A stretch of 64,000 bases of DNA from a virus, in the IMG/VR virus record IMGVR_UViG_3300045988_151684, positions 39,994-103,993 of that record. One strand, given 5' to 3'. The notes beneath the pieces are model-generated. The model ran no database searches and was not told the DNA's origin. It was given only the letters and a program-made list of their open reading frames with translations. This document shows positions 18,570 through 26,988 of the stretch, in pieces (within the stretch, counting starts at the first letter, position 1; every line of letters begins with the position of its first letter). Position numbers and translations under genes: made by a program.

Positions 18570-19810
18570 GACGCTGTCTCCCTGATTTTCTGCTCAAGCT
18601 GGCGTGTTTGCATAATTAATGTGTTGATATGGTTAAGGGCAATTTGCAGAGCGTCGATAGTCTCATCGTCCCCGCCGTTTTCCCAAGCGTCCGACTGTTG
18701 TTCGTATAGTTCCGCCCGCGCTTTTTCCAGCGTATATGCCGCCAGCTCGTAGCCTCTTGCTTCTGCCAGCTTGCTGGTGTCCGGTTCCGTGTCATAATGA
18801 ATGGTTTCCTGCGGCTCGTTTTGGTCATCCGAAATGTCCAAGGTGTTTGCTGGTGTCTGCTGTGCTTTCATTTTCAGCAGTTCGTTCCCCAATGCATCCT
18901 GCGTAATCATTTCCAGCGCACCATCCCATGCTGCTTTATAAGAAACATATTTCTGGTTTTTGTCGACATACTCGAAAGCGTGAATCTGTCCATCTGATTC
19001 AGTAGCTTGTCCGCAATATCCAGCATAATACCGCCCGTCATATTGCCCAATTATTATAAATAATTCTCCAGCGCTTTCAGGAATATCTTGCAGGCGGGTT
19101 TTGGTTTCTTTTGGCAAAGGTTTATCATCTTGCAGGTCTGCCAGCTTGACCTTAGCCCCTTTTGTCGCATGTATAACTTTTTGTTCTTTTTCTGACTTAC
19201 TGGCCAGCTTGTCGGCCACTCCCGTGGATATATTGCCGTCTTTGTATTCCTGCTTATATTCATCCGTCAGGCTTTTTTCAATCTTTTCCAAACGACCAAC
19301 GGCTGAAAGGCTCATGCCTAACGCCTCCGCGATATGTTCACGACGGCGCCCTTTTATTTTCTCCCCAGCATCTTCCCGACGTTTAAATATCTCGTTCATC
19401 CGCTTGACGGCCTGCATTTTCTCCCAATCGGAAATAACACGGTTCGGCAGATTTGCTTCTAACAGCATTTGCTCGGCATCCGTTTCGTCAGCATCGATAA
19501 TTACGCAATCGACTTTTCTAAATTCTTCTTTTCCTTCCGCTGCCAGCCGTTCATGCATCAGCTTACGGCGATGTCCCGAAATTAAAGTATACATACCACC
19601 GCCCGCCGGCCGAACGATAAGCGGATCTAAAAGTCCAAACTGCTCGATTGAATCTTTAAGCAGCGCGTTTTTTTTCTCAATCTCTGTACCGCCCGTTACC
19701 TCAAAGTCGTTATTTTCATCGTCTGCGATATTGGCAAGGTCAATTTTTACAATTTCCCTCGTTTTCTCTGCCATGTAGTCGCCCATAGCGCCCATCATGC
19801 TAAAAGCCAT
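18566..19810 (-). CDS. parB: ParB-like partition / nuclease-domain protein; start probably the ATG at about 19810 (MAFSMMGAM) after RBS GGGAGG
   Basis: N-terminal ParB/Srx signature LISGHRRKLMHERL. Its start overlaps the parA stop. Confidence 0.7.
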   Translation of the reverse strand: MAFSMMGAMGDYMAEKTREIVKIDLANIADDENNDFEVTGGTEIEKKNALLKDSIEQFGLLDPLIVRPAGGGMYTLISGHRRKLMHERLAAEGKEEFRKVDCVIIDADETDAEQMLLEANLPNRVISDWEKMQAVKRMNEIFKRREDAGEKIKGRRREHIAEALGMSLSAVGRLEKIEKSLTDEYKQEYKDGNISTGVADKLASKSEKEQKVIHATKGAKVKLADLQDDKPLPKETKTRLQDIPESAGELFIIIGQYDGRYYAGYCGQATESDGQIHAFEYVDKNQKYVSYKAAWDGALEMITQDALGNELLKMKAQQTPANTLDISDDQNEPQETIHYDTEPDTSKLAEARGYELAAYTLEKARAELYEQQSDAWENGGDDETIDALQIALNHINTLIMQTRQLEQKIRETAS

Positions 19811-19836
19811 TATAAAACCTCCCTTATGCCTTATGT

Positions 19837-20619
19837 TCAAATTGTACCCAAGTTGGGTACAACCTCAGCTATAAAAGTACGATAATCTACTGCCGATCGG
19901 CATTTTTTTGCGTACTCAACGACTGGAATATGCGCAAACACTGATTCTTTAACTTTTACACTCATGTGGATTACTGACTTAAATACCGGGAATTTTGTTT
20001 TTTCGCGCAGAAAAGTCAGTCCATCCCGATCCATTTTGGTGCGGGCGCTGAATTTCGTAATCAGTACCCCTGCCAGTTTGCAGTCCGGGTTATAACTCTG
20101 CCTTGCTTCCAGTATACGGTTTTCTACTTCCCGCAAGCCATCAATACTGAAGCCGTCTATCTCCATCGGCACAATAACATCCGTGGCGGCTAAAAATGCA
20201 TTGATTACGTTCGGTGTCATATTCGGGGCGCAATCGATAATGACAAAATCAAAGCTATCGGCAACGCTTCCCAACGCCTCTTTTAAAATCAGTGCTGCGC
20301 TAACCCCCTGATCATTGCGCTGTCTAGCCATAAGTTCCATGTTCACGCTTGCCAAATCCATATCGCCCATGATTACAAAAAGATTTTCGTATTTCGTCGG
20401 GCGGATAGCCTTCCGCAGGTCAGCCCCACGGAACACATCAGCAATAGTCGGGACGCCTGCCGTTTTGCGCTGTTCGTAAAATGCGGATGCGTTGCCCTGT
20501 ATGTCATTGTCTACCAGCAAGACACGCTTACCTTCCTCAGCCAATAAATAAGCCATATTGCAGGCGGTGGTAGTCTTTGCGACGCCACCTTTCATGTTGA
20601 CAATAGCAAATATTCTCAT
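19837..20619 (-). CDS. parA: ParA/Soj-family partition ATPase
   Basis: Deviant Walker A MKGGVAKTTTACN. RBS GGAGGG before the ATG at 20619. Confidence 0.8.
   Translation of the reverse strand: MRIFAIVNMKGGVAKTTTACNMAYLLAEEGKRVLLVDNDIQGNASAFYEQRKTAGVPTIADVFRGADLRKAIRPTKYENLFVIMGDMDLASVNMELMARQRNDQGVSAALILKEALGSVADSFDFVIIDCAPNMTPNVINAFLAATDVIVPMEIDGFSIDGLREVENRILEARQSYNPDCKLAGVLITKFSARTKMDRDGLTFLREKTKFPVFKSVIHMSVKVKESVFAHIPVVEYAKKCRSAVDYRTFIAEVVPNLGTI
19843..19861. repeat. 19-bp perfect palindrome TGTACCCAAGTTGGGTACA (candidate parS) inside the parA 3' end, just upstream of the parB RBS
   Basis: Read directly. It is the second copy of the 16193 palindrome. Confidence 0.4.
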
Positions 20620-21158
20620 TGTTTGCCCTCCTTGTGCACTATAAAACTGTTTTTTTGCCATGCATCATCCAGCATAAGCGTCAGTACATTACAGCCGTTA
20701 ACCACGACCATATCTCCGATGCATACCAGTTCTAGTTTATCGCCTATCATGTTCAGGTAATCTCCTTGGACTAAAATATAACCGTCCGCCCCAGCATAAA
20801 GCCTGCCGTCCATAGGGGTATTTTCGTAAAGAACAACAGCAATACCAGTCGGGGTTAATATTTCGCCCTGTTCAGCCTGCTTTATCCATGATAGATATTT
20901 TTCCAGCACACCATCACAATCCGGCTCCCTTGCCGACTGCACCCAATTGGACTTTATGCGCTCATAATAAACGTTTCGTTTTTCTACTTCCAGCTTGCAC
21001 TGGATCCGGAACGCATCGCGCTGGCGCAGGTGTAAAATAAATGTTTCTGTCACCAAGTAATGTTCTTCATCACGATCAAGCAACATGAACGTGCCGGACT
21101 GTTTCACTGCCCGTACTACTGCCGAACAGTTTATCGGATCTATTTTTTCTTCCTCCAT
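20616..21158 (-). CDS. hypothetical protein between Rep and ParA
   Basis: 180-aa ORF. Confidence 0.4.
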   Translation of the reverse strand: MEEEKIDPINCSAVVRAVKQSGTFMLLDRDEEHYLVTETFILHLRQRDAFRIQCKLEVEKRNVYYERIKSNWVQSAREPDCDGVLEKYLSWIKQAEQGEILTPTGIAVVLYENTPMDGRLYAGADGYILVQGDYLNMIGDKLELVCIGDMVVVNGCNVLTLMLDDAWQKNSFIVHKEGKQ

Positions 21159-21176
21159 GTCTTTCTCCTTTTCTGA

Positions 21177-22025
21177 CTACATGTTTTTATCTTGCAACGT
21201 CTGCACTTTTCGGGGCTTTTGCCAACACAAAACGTGCTGAGCAGTTCCCCCGCCTTTTTGGGATTCATTCTTCTGCTTTCCCTCCAGCTTGACGTATACC
21301 GCGTATTGCATGGGGTAGCCGTACCGGTTTACGCCACTATAAGATAAATTCTTGTCGATGTAATAGCCTTTTCTTTCCGGCGGTTCCTTCCTCCACGTTT
21401 TAGCATGGACAACACGAGCCTTTGGCGTCGCCTCTCGCAAGTTACGGGATGACGAAAATCTTTTTTTTATTATCGGATCGTCGCTTAGAAAAGTTTCCTC
21501 CCCGTTCTTGATGATGTACGCTGCCACACTGTGCCAGTTCTGCGTTTTATCAAGGTGGCTGGCGTGAACATGTACCCACTCACCACCGTTTACAATATTC
21601 TGCCAGTTGGTCGCTATTATCTCCGTGTCAATTTTGGTCAGTATCATGTGCAAATGGATTGCTCCACGTTTTCCACGACCAACCGAAAAGATATACTTAC
21701 ATTCTTTGCCATCCTGCCGATATTTCTTGCGGATCCGCTTCAAGAACTCTTTTATATTTTTCTTTACTGTATCACTGTCAGGAGTGCTCTTTGCTGGGTA
21801 GGTCAGTGTTACCCATAGATCTCCCGGCTGAAAGTTCTGTTTATCTCGCAGAAGTCTCCACACCTTTCTGACTGCTTCCTTGCTCTGCCATCTTAGCTGT
21901 TCTTCTGGTGTAGCTCTCTGTGCTGCTGCTTTCTCTCTTTTTTCTCTTATTCCATATCGGCCATTGGTATATTTATGGACTTCTACCACGTTTCCCCGAT
22001 CTATTACTTTTTCAAGATAAGCCAT
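21177..22025 (-). CDS. rep: rolling-circle replication initiator (HUH endonuclease, Rep_trans-like); start at MAYLEKV
   Basis: HUH motif AIHLHMIL, tyrosine motif AAYIIKNG, RBS AGGAGG 9 nt before the ATG at about 22025. Confidence 0.55.
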   Translation of the reverse strand: MAYLEKVIDRGNVVEVHKYTNGRYGIREKREKAAAQRATPEEQLRWQSKEAVRKVWRLLRDKQNFQPGDLWVTLTYPAKSTPDSDTVKKNIKEFLKRIRKKYRQDGKECKYIFSVGRGKRGAIHLHMILTKIDTEIIATNWQNIVNGGEWVHVHASHLDKTQNWHSVAAYIIKNGEETFLSDDPIIKKRFSSSRNLREATPKARVVHAKTWRKEPPERKGYYIDKNLSYSGVNRYGYPMQYAVYVKLEGKQKNESQKGGGTAQHVLCWQKPRKVQTLQDKNM

Positions 22026-22180
22026 TATGCAGCACCTCCTTCTGCTACTCTTTATTTTTTTTATTATTCTTTTATTATTGGTTCTTAAAACAATATGTTT
22101 AACAAGCCCAAACAGTCCCCCAGCGGGGAATAAAAAAGCAAGCTTGAAAAAAGCGCCAGGCAATAACTGGCGCGCTTTTC

Positions 22181-22420
22181 TTACTCGTCTATGGTCGCCG
22201 ATGCCAATGTTGCCAGTAAATCCTCGCCCATGTGCTCTACAAAAAACGCATGGAGGCACGATTTGGGGACTCGGCACTCATTGCCGAATCTGATAGCCCC
22301 CAGCAATCCGGCGTCTATCAGTCCTTTGACAAATTTTCTTCCCGTCCGCATCCGCTTTGCGGTTTCTTCTAAATTCATCAAGCGGTCAGCATCGTCTAAA
22401 ATCAACACATTTTCAGTCAT
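22181..22420 (-). CDS. excisionase-like / MerR-type HTH DNA-binding protein
   Basis: About 80 aa. LEETAKRMRTGRKFVKGLIDAGLL is an HTH. Confidence 0.4.
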   Translation of the reverse strand: MTENVLILDDADRLMNLEETAKRMRTGRKFVKGLIDAGLLGAIRFGNECRVPKSCLHAFFVEHMGEDLLATLASATIDE

Positions 22421-22425
22421 GTCTA

Positions 22426-22593
22426 TCACCTCCTTAAATCAGCTTTATCTTCTGGCGTAGCGGTAAGGATATAACCCGCAAGAGTTAATATCGTATTTGT
22501 TCCGCCCATCTCGCGGATTTTTTTTATTATCCGCATTGTTTCCATGCGGGCCTGCTCGCTACGCAGGGCTTCAAGTATAGTTCCTTTATTCAT
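22426..22593 (-). CDS. small hypothetical protein (about 55 aa, MNKGTILEALRSEQARM...)
   Basis: RBS AAAGGAGG before the ATG at about 22593. Below the ORF-track cutoff. Confidence 0.3.
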   Translation of the reverse strand: MNKGTILEALRSEQARMETMRIIKKIREMGGTNTILTLAGYILTATPEDKADLRR

Positions 22594-22695
22594 TTTTATC
22601 CTCCTTTTAATAATTTCATTTTGTGCTTTTCAAGCTTTGTTGTCGTTCTTTTCTTTTAATAACAAATATGTTATAATTTTCTTGGAGGTGATATT

Positions 22696-23055
22696 TTGCA
22701 CCAAGTAGAGTTTTATGCTGACTCCCAGGGTAATGAGCCTGTCAAGGATTTCCTTGTAGAGCTTCAAGCAAAGAGGGATTCCGATAAGTCAGCCCGCATC
22801 TTGTCAGAGAAAATACTGACATACATCCGTGTATTGCAGGAATACGGCACCAGAGCAGGTATGCCATATATGCGCCATTTGGATGGTGATATATGGGAAC
22901 TTCGACCACAGCCGGAGCGGGTTCTGTTCTTCTCTCATCACAATGGAAAATTCATTCTGCTCCACCATTTCCGCAAGAAAACTCAGAAAACTCCCAAAAG
23001 AGAAATTGACTGTGCCAAGCGACGTGCCAAGGCCTATAACGAAAGGAATGATTAA
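22696..23055 (+). CDS. type II toxin, Gp49-like / HigB-RelE superfamily (paralog of 14733..15089)
   Basis: HFRKKTQKTPKREIDCAKRR motif. TTG start with RBS GGAGGTGA. Extended -10 TGTTATAAT upstream. Confidence 0.65.
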   Translation: MHQVEFYADSQGNEPVKDFLVELQAKRDSDKSARILSEKILTYIRVLQEYGTRAGMPYMRHLDGDIWELRPQPERVLFFSHHNGKFILLHHFRKKTQKTPKREIDCAKRRAKAYNERND

Positions 23056-23056
23056 C

Positions 23057-23329
23057 ATGGGTACTAACTTTAATGATTTGTGGAATGACTCCTCATTCAT
23101 CAGCGAGGAGCAACGAAACAAAATAGATTTTGAGGTTGCTCTGATTGGCAAGCTGATTGAAGTCAGAGAAAGCAAAGGCTTATCCCAAAAACAGCTGGCT
23201 GATATGTGCGGGCTGAAACAGTCTGCTATTGCTAGACTGGAAAAAATGAATGTCACCCCTCAGCTCAATACCCTTATTAAAGTCTTAAAACCTTTGGGCT
23301 ATAGACTGGATATTGTTCCCTGTGATTAA
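23057..23329 (+). CDS. XRE-family HTH antitoxin
   Basis: SQKQLADMCGLKQSAIARLE is an HTH. The 166-aa track ORF 22829..23329 is a chimera. The likely start is the ATG at 23057, or 23048. Confidence 0.6.
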   Translation: MGTNFNDLWNDSSFISEEQRNKIDFEVALIGKLIEVRESKGLSQKQLADMCGLKQSAIARLEKMNVTPQLNTLIKVLKPLGYRLDIVPCD

Positions 23330-23351
23330 GCTCCGCCCCGTGGGGCTTTTT
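23330..23351 (+). terminator. GC-rich hairpin followed by TTTTT after TA module 2
   Basis: GCTCC-GCCCCGT-GGGGC then TTTTT, read directly. Confidence 0.4.
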
Positions 23352-23377
23352 CATGTGTCAGAGGTTCTAGCAATTTA

Positions 23378-23575
23378 TCACCTCCTCAAGGATTTTTTTT
23401 TAGCCTTATACATCGTCTTGAAGCGATGCTTCCCGACCTTGGCGTTAGGCTTGTTTAGCCTATTGCGCCACATCTTCAACCAGAAAACTTTATCCCATTT
23501 TCTTAAATATTTGTTTATCTTGCGAGCTTCTTTCCCAGTAAGTGGCTCGCTTTTTTCATGCGCTAATTCAGTCAT
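23378..23575 (-). CDS. small basic protein in the Cro position (hypothetical)
   Basis: 65 aa, transcribed divergently from the repressor. Confidence 0.35.
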   Translation of the reverse strand: MTELAHEKSEPLTGKEARKINKYLRKWDKVFWLKMWRNRLNKPNAKVGKHRFKTMYKAKKKSLRR

Positions 23576-23646
23576 TTAGCAACCTCCTTTCCTAGCTCCG
23601 CTTTACTCATTTCTAGACCATCCTAATCTTGCGTACTTTTGCGATA

Positions 23647-23754
23647 TTTTTATAGTTGTTTTGCGTTTACATACTCATTATACCAAATTCAATACGTATG
23701 TCAACGTTTTTATAGTTGTTTTGCGTTGACATACGCAATAAAAGATATTATGAT
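23647..23754. promoter_or_regulatory. Divergent lysogeny-switch promoters and operators
   Basis: Two 27/28-bp direct repeats TTTTTATAGTTGTTTTGCGTT(T/G)ACATAC at about 23647 and 23706. Rightward promoter TTGACA-17-TATGAT overlaps repeat 2. Leftward promoter TTGACA-16-TATAAT is immediately upstream of repeat 1. Confidence 0.5.
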
Positions 23755-23779
23755 TATATTAATGAAAGGTGGTGACTAT

Positions 23780-24262
23780 ATGACAAACATAGGAGAGCGC
23801 TTGAAAATCTTTCGAAAATCAATCAAAAAAACACAGGCTGCGTTCGGCGAACTTTTAGGAACCGGTCGTGACACAATTTCGAACTATGAAATCGGGCGCG
23901 TTGAACCTACGGAAACATTTATACAGTTGCTAATAACTAAATATAATGTTTCTGAGAACTGGCTAAGGACTGGCCAAGGGGAAATGTATGCGGAAACGGA
24001 AACGACTTTGTTTTCTGCCTTTGCCAAGCAGTACGATTTAAGTAAAGCGGAACAAAAAGCCGCCCGTTATCTTTTGCAGCTGTCCAGTGCCGAACGCCAG
24101 CAAATTCTTAAGTGTGTTTCAGGACTTGCGGCAGCTATCGCCAGTGCAGAAGATGAAACAGCAACGGCTATCGACAAAGAACTTGCAGCCTACAAAAAAG
24201 AATTGCTTGCAGAACAAAAGGGGTTGTCAGCCTCCGGCATTGGCGAAGAAAAAAACGCATAG
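23780..24262 (+). CDS. XRE-family repressor (CI-like); start at MTNIGERL
   Basis: N-terminal HTH IKKTQAAFGELLGTGRDTISNYE. RBS AAAGGTGGTGA. Confidence 0.6.
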   Translation: MTNIGERLKIFRKSIKKTQAAFGELLGTGRDTISNYEIGRVEPTETFIQLLITKYNVSENWLRTGQGEMYAETETTLFSAFAKQYDLSKAEQKAARYLLQLSSAERQQILKCVSGLAAAIASAEDETATAIDKELAAYKKELLAEQKGLSASGIGEEKNA

Positions 24263-24460
24263 CAAAAAAGCCGCCCATCACAGGCGGCCACGCAAAGATT
24301 TATTCATTTTTCAAACGAATCATGTGAAGGACTGACTCATTGCAAAACAAAAGCCGCCCGCTAGCAACGGACGGCAAATATAAGGGTACATAATTGAACC
24401 CATACAACTAACAGTTCAATTATACACCTTATCTTGTAATATTGAAAGGGTGTGTTTTTT

Positions 24461-25558
24461 ATGTCTTATATTCGCAAGAAAGGAAATCGCTGGTATTTCA
24501 CAATAGAAATTGGCGAAGGCGGCAAACGCAAGCGCAAGGAACTGGCGGGCGGTAAGACGAAGGCAGAAGCAGCCTACGCCCGCGCCTTGGTTGACCTGCA
24601 AGTGAATGGTGCTTATATCGAGCCAACCAAAAAGACGCTCAATGAATTTGCCAGTGAATTTTTTACCGATAATTCCCGTAATGTTCACGCTAACACCATT
24701 AAGTCGTATCAATCTATCTACAGAAATCACATCGCCCCAATTATTGGTGAGCATAAGCTAAGGACGATAAAACCGCGGACGCTGCAAAACCTCTTGAATC
24801 AGAAAAAGGAAGCAGGACTCGCCCGTTCCACGGTTTCCTCTATTTATACCGTCTTGAAAAGGCTTTTTGTTTATGCTGCTGATTTCTGCGAATACATTCC
24901 TAAAAATCCGGCGCAAAACATCCACCTGCCGAAATACACTCAGCCTCCCCGTACGGTTTTAAGCTTTTCCCCGCAACAAATAGCGGAAATCTTTCGGCGC
25001 TTCCCTAAAGGGCATCAGTTTTTTCTGCCATTAGCTATTTCCTATTATACTGGCGCCCGATTCGGGGAATGTTGTGCCCTTACCTGGCAGGACGTGGACT
25101 TCGACACGCGGGAAATATCTATAACCCGAACAGTTGTCGAAATGTCCGGCGGTCTTACGGTCCAGGACGTGCCGAAAACATCGAGCAGTTTCCGGATTAT
25201 TCCTTGCGGTAAAAAGCTTATAAGTATTTTGCGGGCAGAAAAAGCACTGCAAGCAGCCGCCCGCCTTGCCGGATCCGGTTATGCTGATAACTTTATCATT
25301 CATGACAAACATGGCAAACTCATGGAACCAAACGCAATCAGATACTTTAATATGTATATAAAAAAATACGGCAACGGTTACTCGGTTCATTCCATGCGCC
25401 ATACGCACGCTACTATGCTGCTGGAAGCTGGCGAAGAACTTGAACTCGTCTCAAAACGCCTTGGACATGCCTCAATTGACATCACCGCAAAAACCTATTC
25501 TCATGTCCTCGAAGCACGCAAAAATAAATCCCGCCGACTAATCGACGAGATACTTTGA
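24461..25558 (+). CDS. int: tyrosine site-specific integrase
   Basis: Catalytic motifs R...HSMRHTHAT...TYSHV. Confidence 0.85.
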   Translation: MSYIRKKGNRWYFTIEIGEGGKRKRKELAGGKTKAEAAYARALVDLQVNGAYIEPTKKTLNEFASEFFTDNSRNVHANTIKSYQSIYRNHIAPIIGEHKLRTIKPRTLQNLLNQKKEAGLARSTVSSIYTVLKRLFVYAADFCEYIPKNPAQNIHLPKYTQPPRTVLSFSPQQIAEIFRRFPKGHQFFLPLAISYYTGARFGECCALTWQDVDFDTREISITRTVVEMSGGLTVQDVPKTSSSFRIIPCGKKLISILRAEKALQAAARLAGSGYADNFIIHDKHGKLMEPNAIRYFNMYIKKYGNGYSVHSMRHTHATMLLEAGEELELVSKRLGHASIDITAKTYSHVLEARKNKSRRLIDEIL

Positions 25559-25667
25559 CAGGGCATATACCATATATGCTATTCAATTAATTGAAAAAAC
25601 TACATATAGTATACAGTTAATTTTATATATTATAATTATGGAATACTGCTTTACAACCTTAGTTTTT

Positions 25668-25713
25668 TTATATAAAATTAAAGCAGAAGTCAATGTACCA
25701 GATTGACTTCTGC
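25668..25713 (-). terminator. Perfect 12-bp hairpin GCAGAAGTCAAT / ATTGACTTCTGC with a 7-nt loop, followed on the minus strand by a T-rich run
   Basis: Read directly, in the inter-element junction. Confidence 0.45.
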
Positions 25714-25743
25714 AATGGAATAAACTCTTTTTTGAGAGCCTCT

Positions 25744-25860
25744 GCTATTTGGAAATCCAAATGCGGAAGGCTCTTTTTCCATAGTTCTTTGCGTATATAC
25801 GCGTTCCATCTTTCAGCGTTATCCAAGCTCTAAAGATGTAGTGCCCTTTTCCTTTCGCCA
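25744..25860 (-). CDS. small basic peptide (38 aa, MAKGKGHYIFRAWITLKDGTRIYAKNYGKRAFRIWISK)
   Basis: RBS AGGAGG 8 nt before the ATG, and the terminator above lies downstream. Below the ORF-track cutoff. Confidence 0.3.
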
Positions 25861-25909
25861 TGCCACTCACCTCCTCATGTTTATGTCATATATCTATGAT
25901 AAACAAGGT

Positions 25910-26446
25910 TTAGTTCCTTGGAATTTTGGAAAGCTGGTATTTGGCGGATGAATACGATACTCCACATGACTCCTTGATGTAGTCAGCAGTCATATCTCGC
26001 GATACTAAGTGTGCCGGGACAAGTAACTCTCCAGAGAAGGCTTTTGCTTGCCATTCAGGCGAACAATATGTTGGTATTGTTCCACTTGCAATGCGCGCAT
26101 GAGCTTTATTATTACGATGAAAAAGCCAATGCCCTAATTCATGCGCCATGGTATCACGATCCATGCCTGCACCTCTCGCCGCACGCATATATACATCTTC
26201 TCGGATTTTTACAGTTCCATTTGGTAGTGTCAATCCATGAAAATCCCCCATCTCAGGCTGGCTAGTTACTTCCATATTCCAATCTGTAAAAACCTCTGGC
26301 ATGCTATTCATGATCTCCATGACCTCGACAATGGGGAAATACATTGTTTTGTCTGCCCCAAACATCTGTCTAAACGTCAATGCTCGACGTCTTATGTCCA
26401 TTCGACTAAGCGGCGGCACCACTAAATCTTGCTGGCTCATTGGCAT
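25910..26446 (-). CDS. ImmA/IrrE-family metallopeptidase
   Basis: HExxH motif AHELGHWLFH. Overlaps the upstream XRE gene by 1 nt. Confidence 0.7.
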   Translation of the reverse strand: MPMSQQDLVVPPLSRMDIRRRALTFRQMFGADKTMYFPIVEVMEIMNSMPEVFTDWNMEVTSQPEMGDFHGLTLPNGTVKIREDVYMRAARGAGMDRDTMAHELGHWLFHRNNKAHARIASGTIPTYCSPEWQAKAFSGELLVPAHLVSRDMTADYIKESCGVSYSSAKYQLSKIPRN

Positions 26447-26808
26447 CAGTCCTTCCTTTCTGCACTCAGCATCTTGAAAATTTCTTTTTTCTGTTCGCTA
26501 TTGAGCGAGCCAAACTCTCTTGCGAAAGCTATAGCTAGATTTCTATCCTGCTCAGAATGCTTGCTCAAATTGATTCGTATTTCTGTCTTTGACTTGTTAA
26601 TCGCATCCATCAGCTCCAGTGATTTCTCTTCTGATAGCTTATACGCCTTGACAATTTTATCCCTCCACTGTGCAGGGATATTTTTTTTTCCGTTTTCTAC
26701 AGCCGACAAAAACGCCGGGGATACCTGCAGATATTCAGCCATATCTAGCATAATCTGGCCACGATCAATCCGCAGTTTCCTACAAAACTTCCCGAATGCC
26801 GTTACCAT
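26446..26808 (-). CDS. XRE-family HTH regulator (ImmR-like)
   Basis: HTH LDMAEYLQVSPAFLSAVENG. Own promoter TTTACA-17-TATAAT and RBS GGAGGG upstream. Confidence 0.65.
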   Translation of the reverse strand: MVTAFGKFCRKLRIDRGQIMLDMAEYLQVSPAFLSAVENGKKNIPAQWRDKIVKAYKLSEEKSLELMDAINKSKTEIRINLSKHSEQDRNLAIAFAREFGSLNSEQKKEIFKMLSAERKD

Positions 26809-26914
26809 AATAAACCCTCCATAATGTTCTTCCTCCCTTTGTAACTTAATTATACATCTTCTGATTATTTTTGTAAACCTTATTCGGTTAATTTATTTCA
26901 TGTATTTAGTAAAA

Positions 26915-26962
26915 CCAATACAATACAAAAGGCCGCACCCCATTCAAGGGTGCGACCTTCTC
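26915..26962 (-). terminator. 10-bp stem GGTCGCACCC / GGGTGCGGCC (one mismatch) followed by TTTTGTATTGTATT on the minus strand
   Basis: Read directly, just downstream of the 26989 stop. Confidence 0.5.
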
Positions 26963-26988
26963 ATGTATACGCTATGCAGTTGTGCACG

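Noticed and set aside
22829-23329. 166-aa ORF in the ORF track
   Set aside because: It is a frame artefact. Its C-terminal 91 aa are the real XRE antitoxin starting at ATG 23057 or 23048, and the upstream part overlaps the Gp49-like toxin in another frame.
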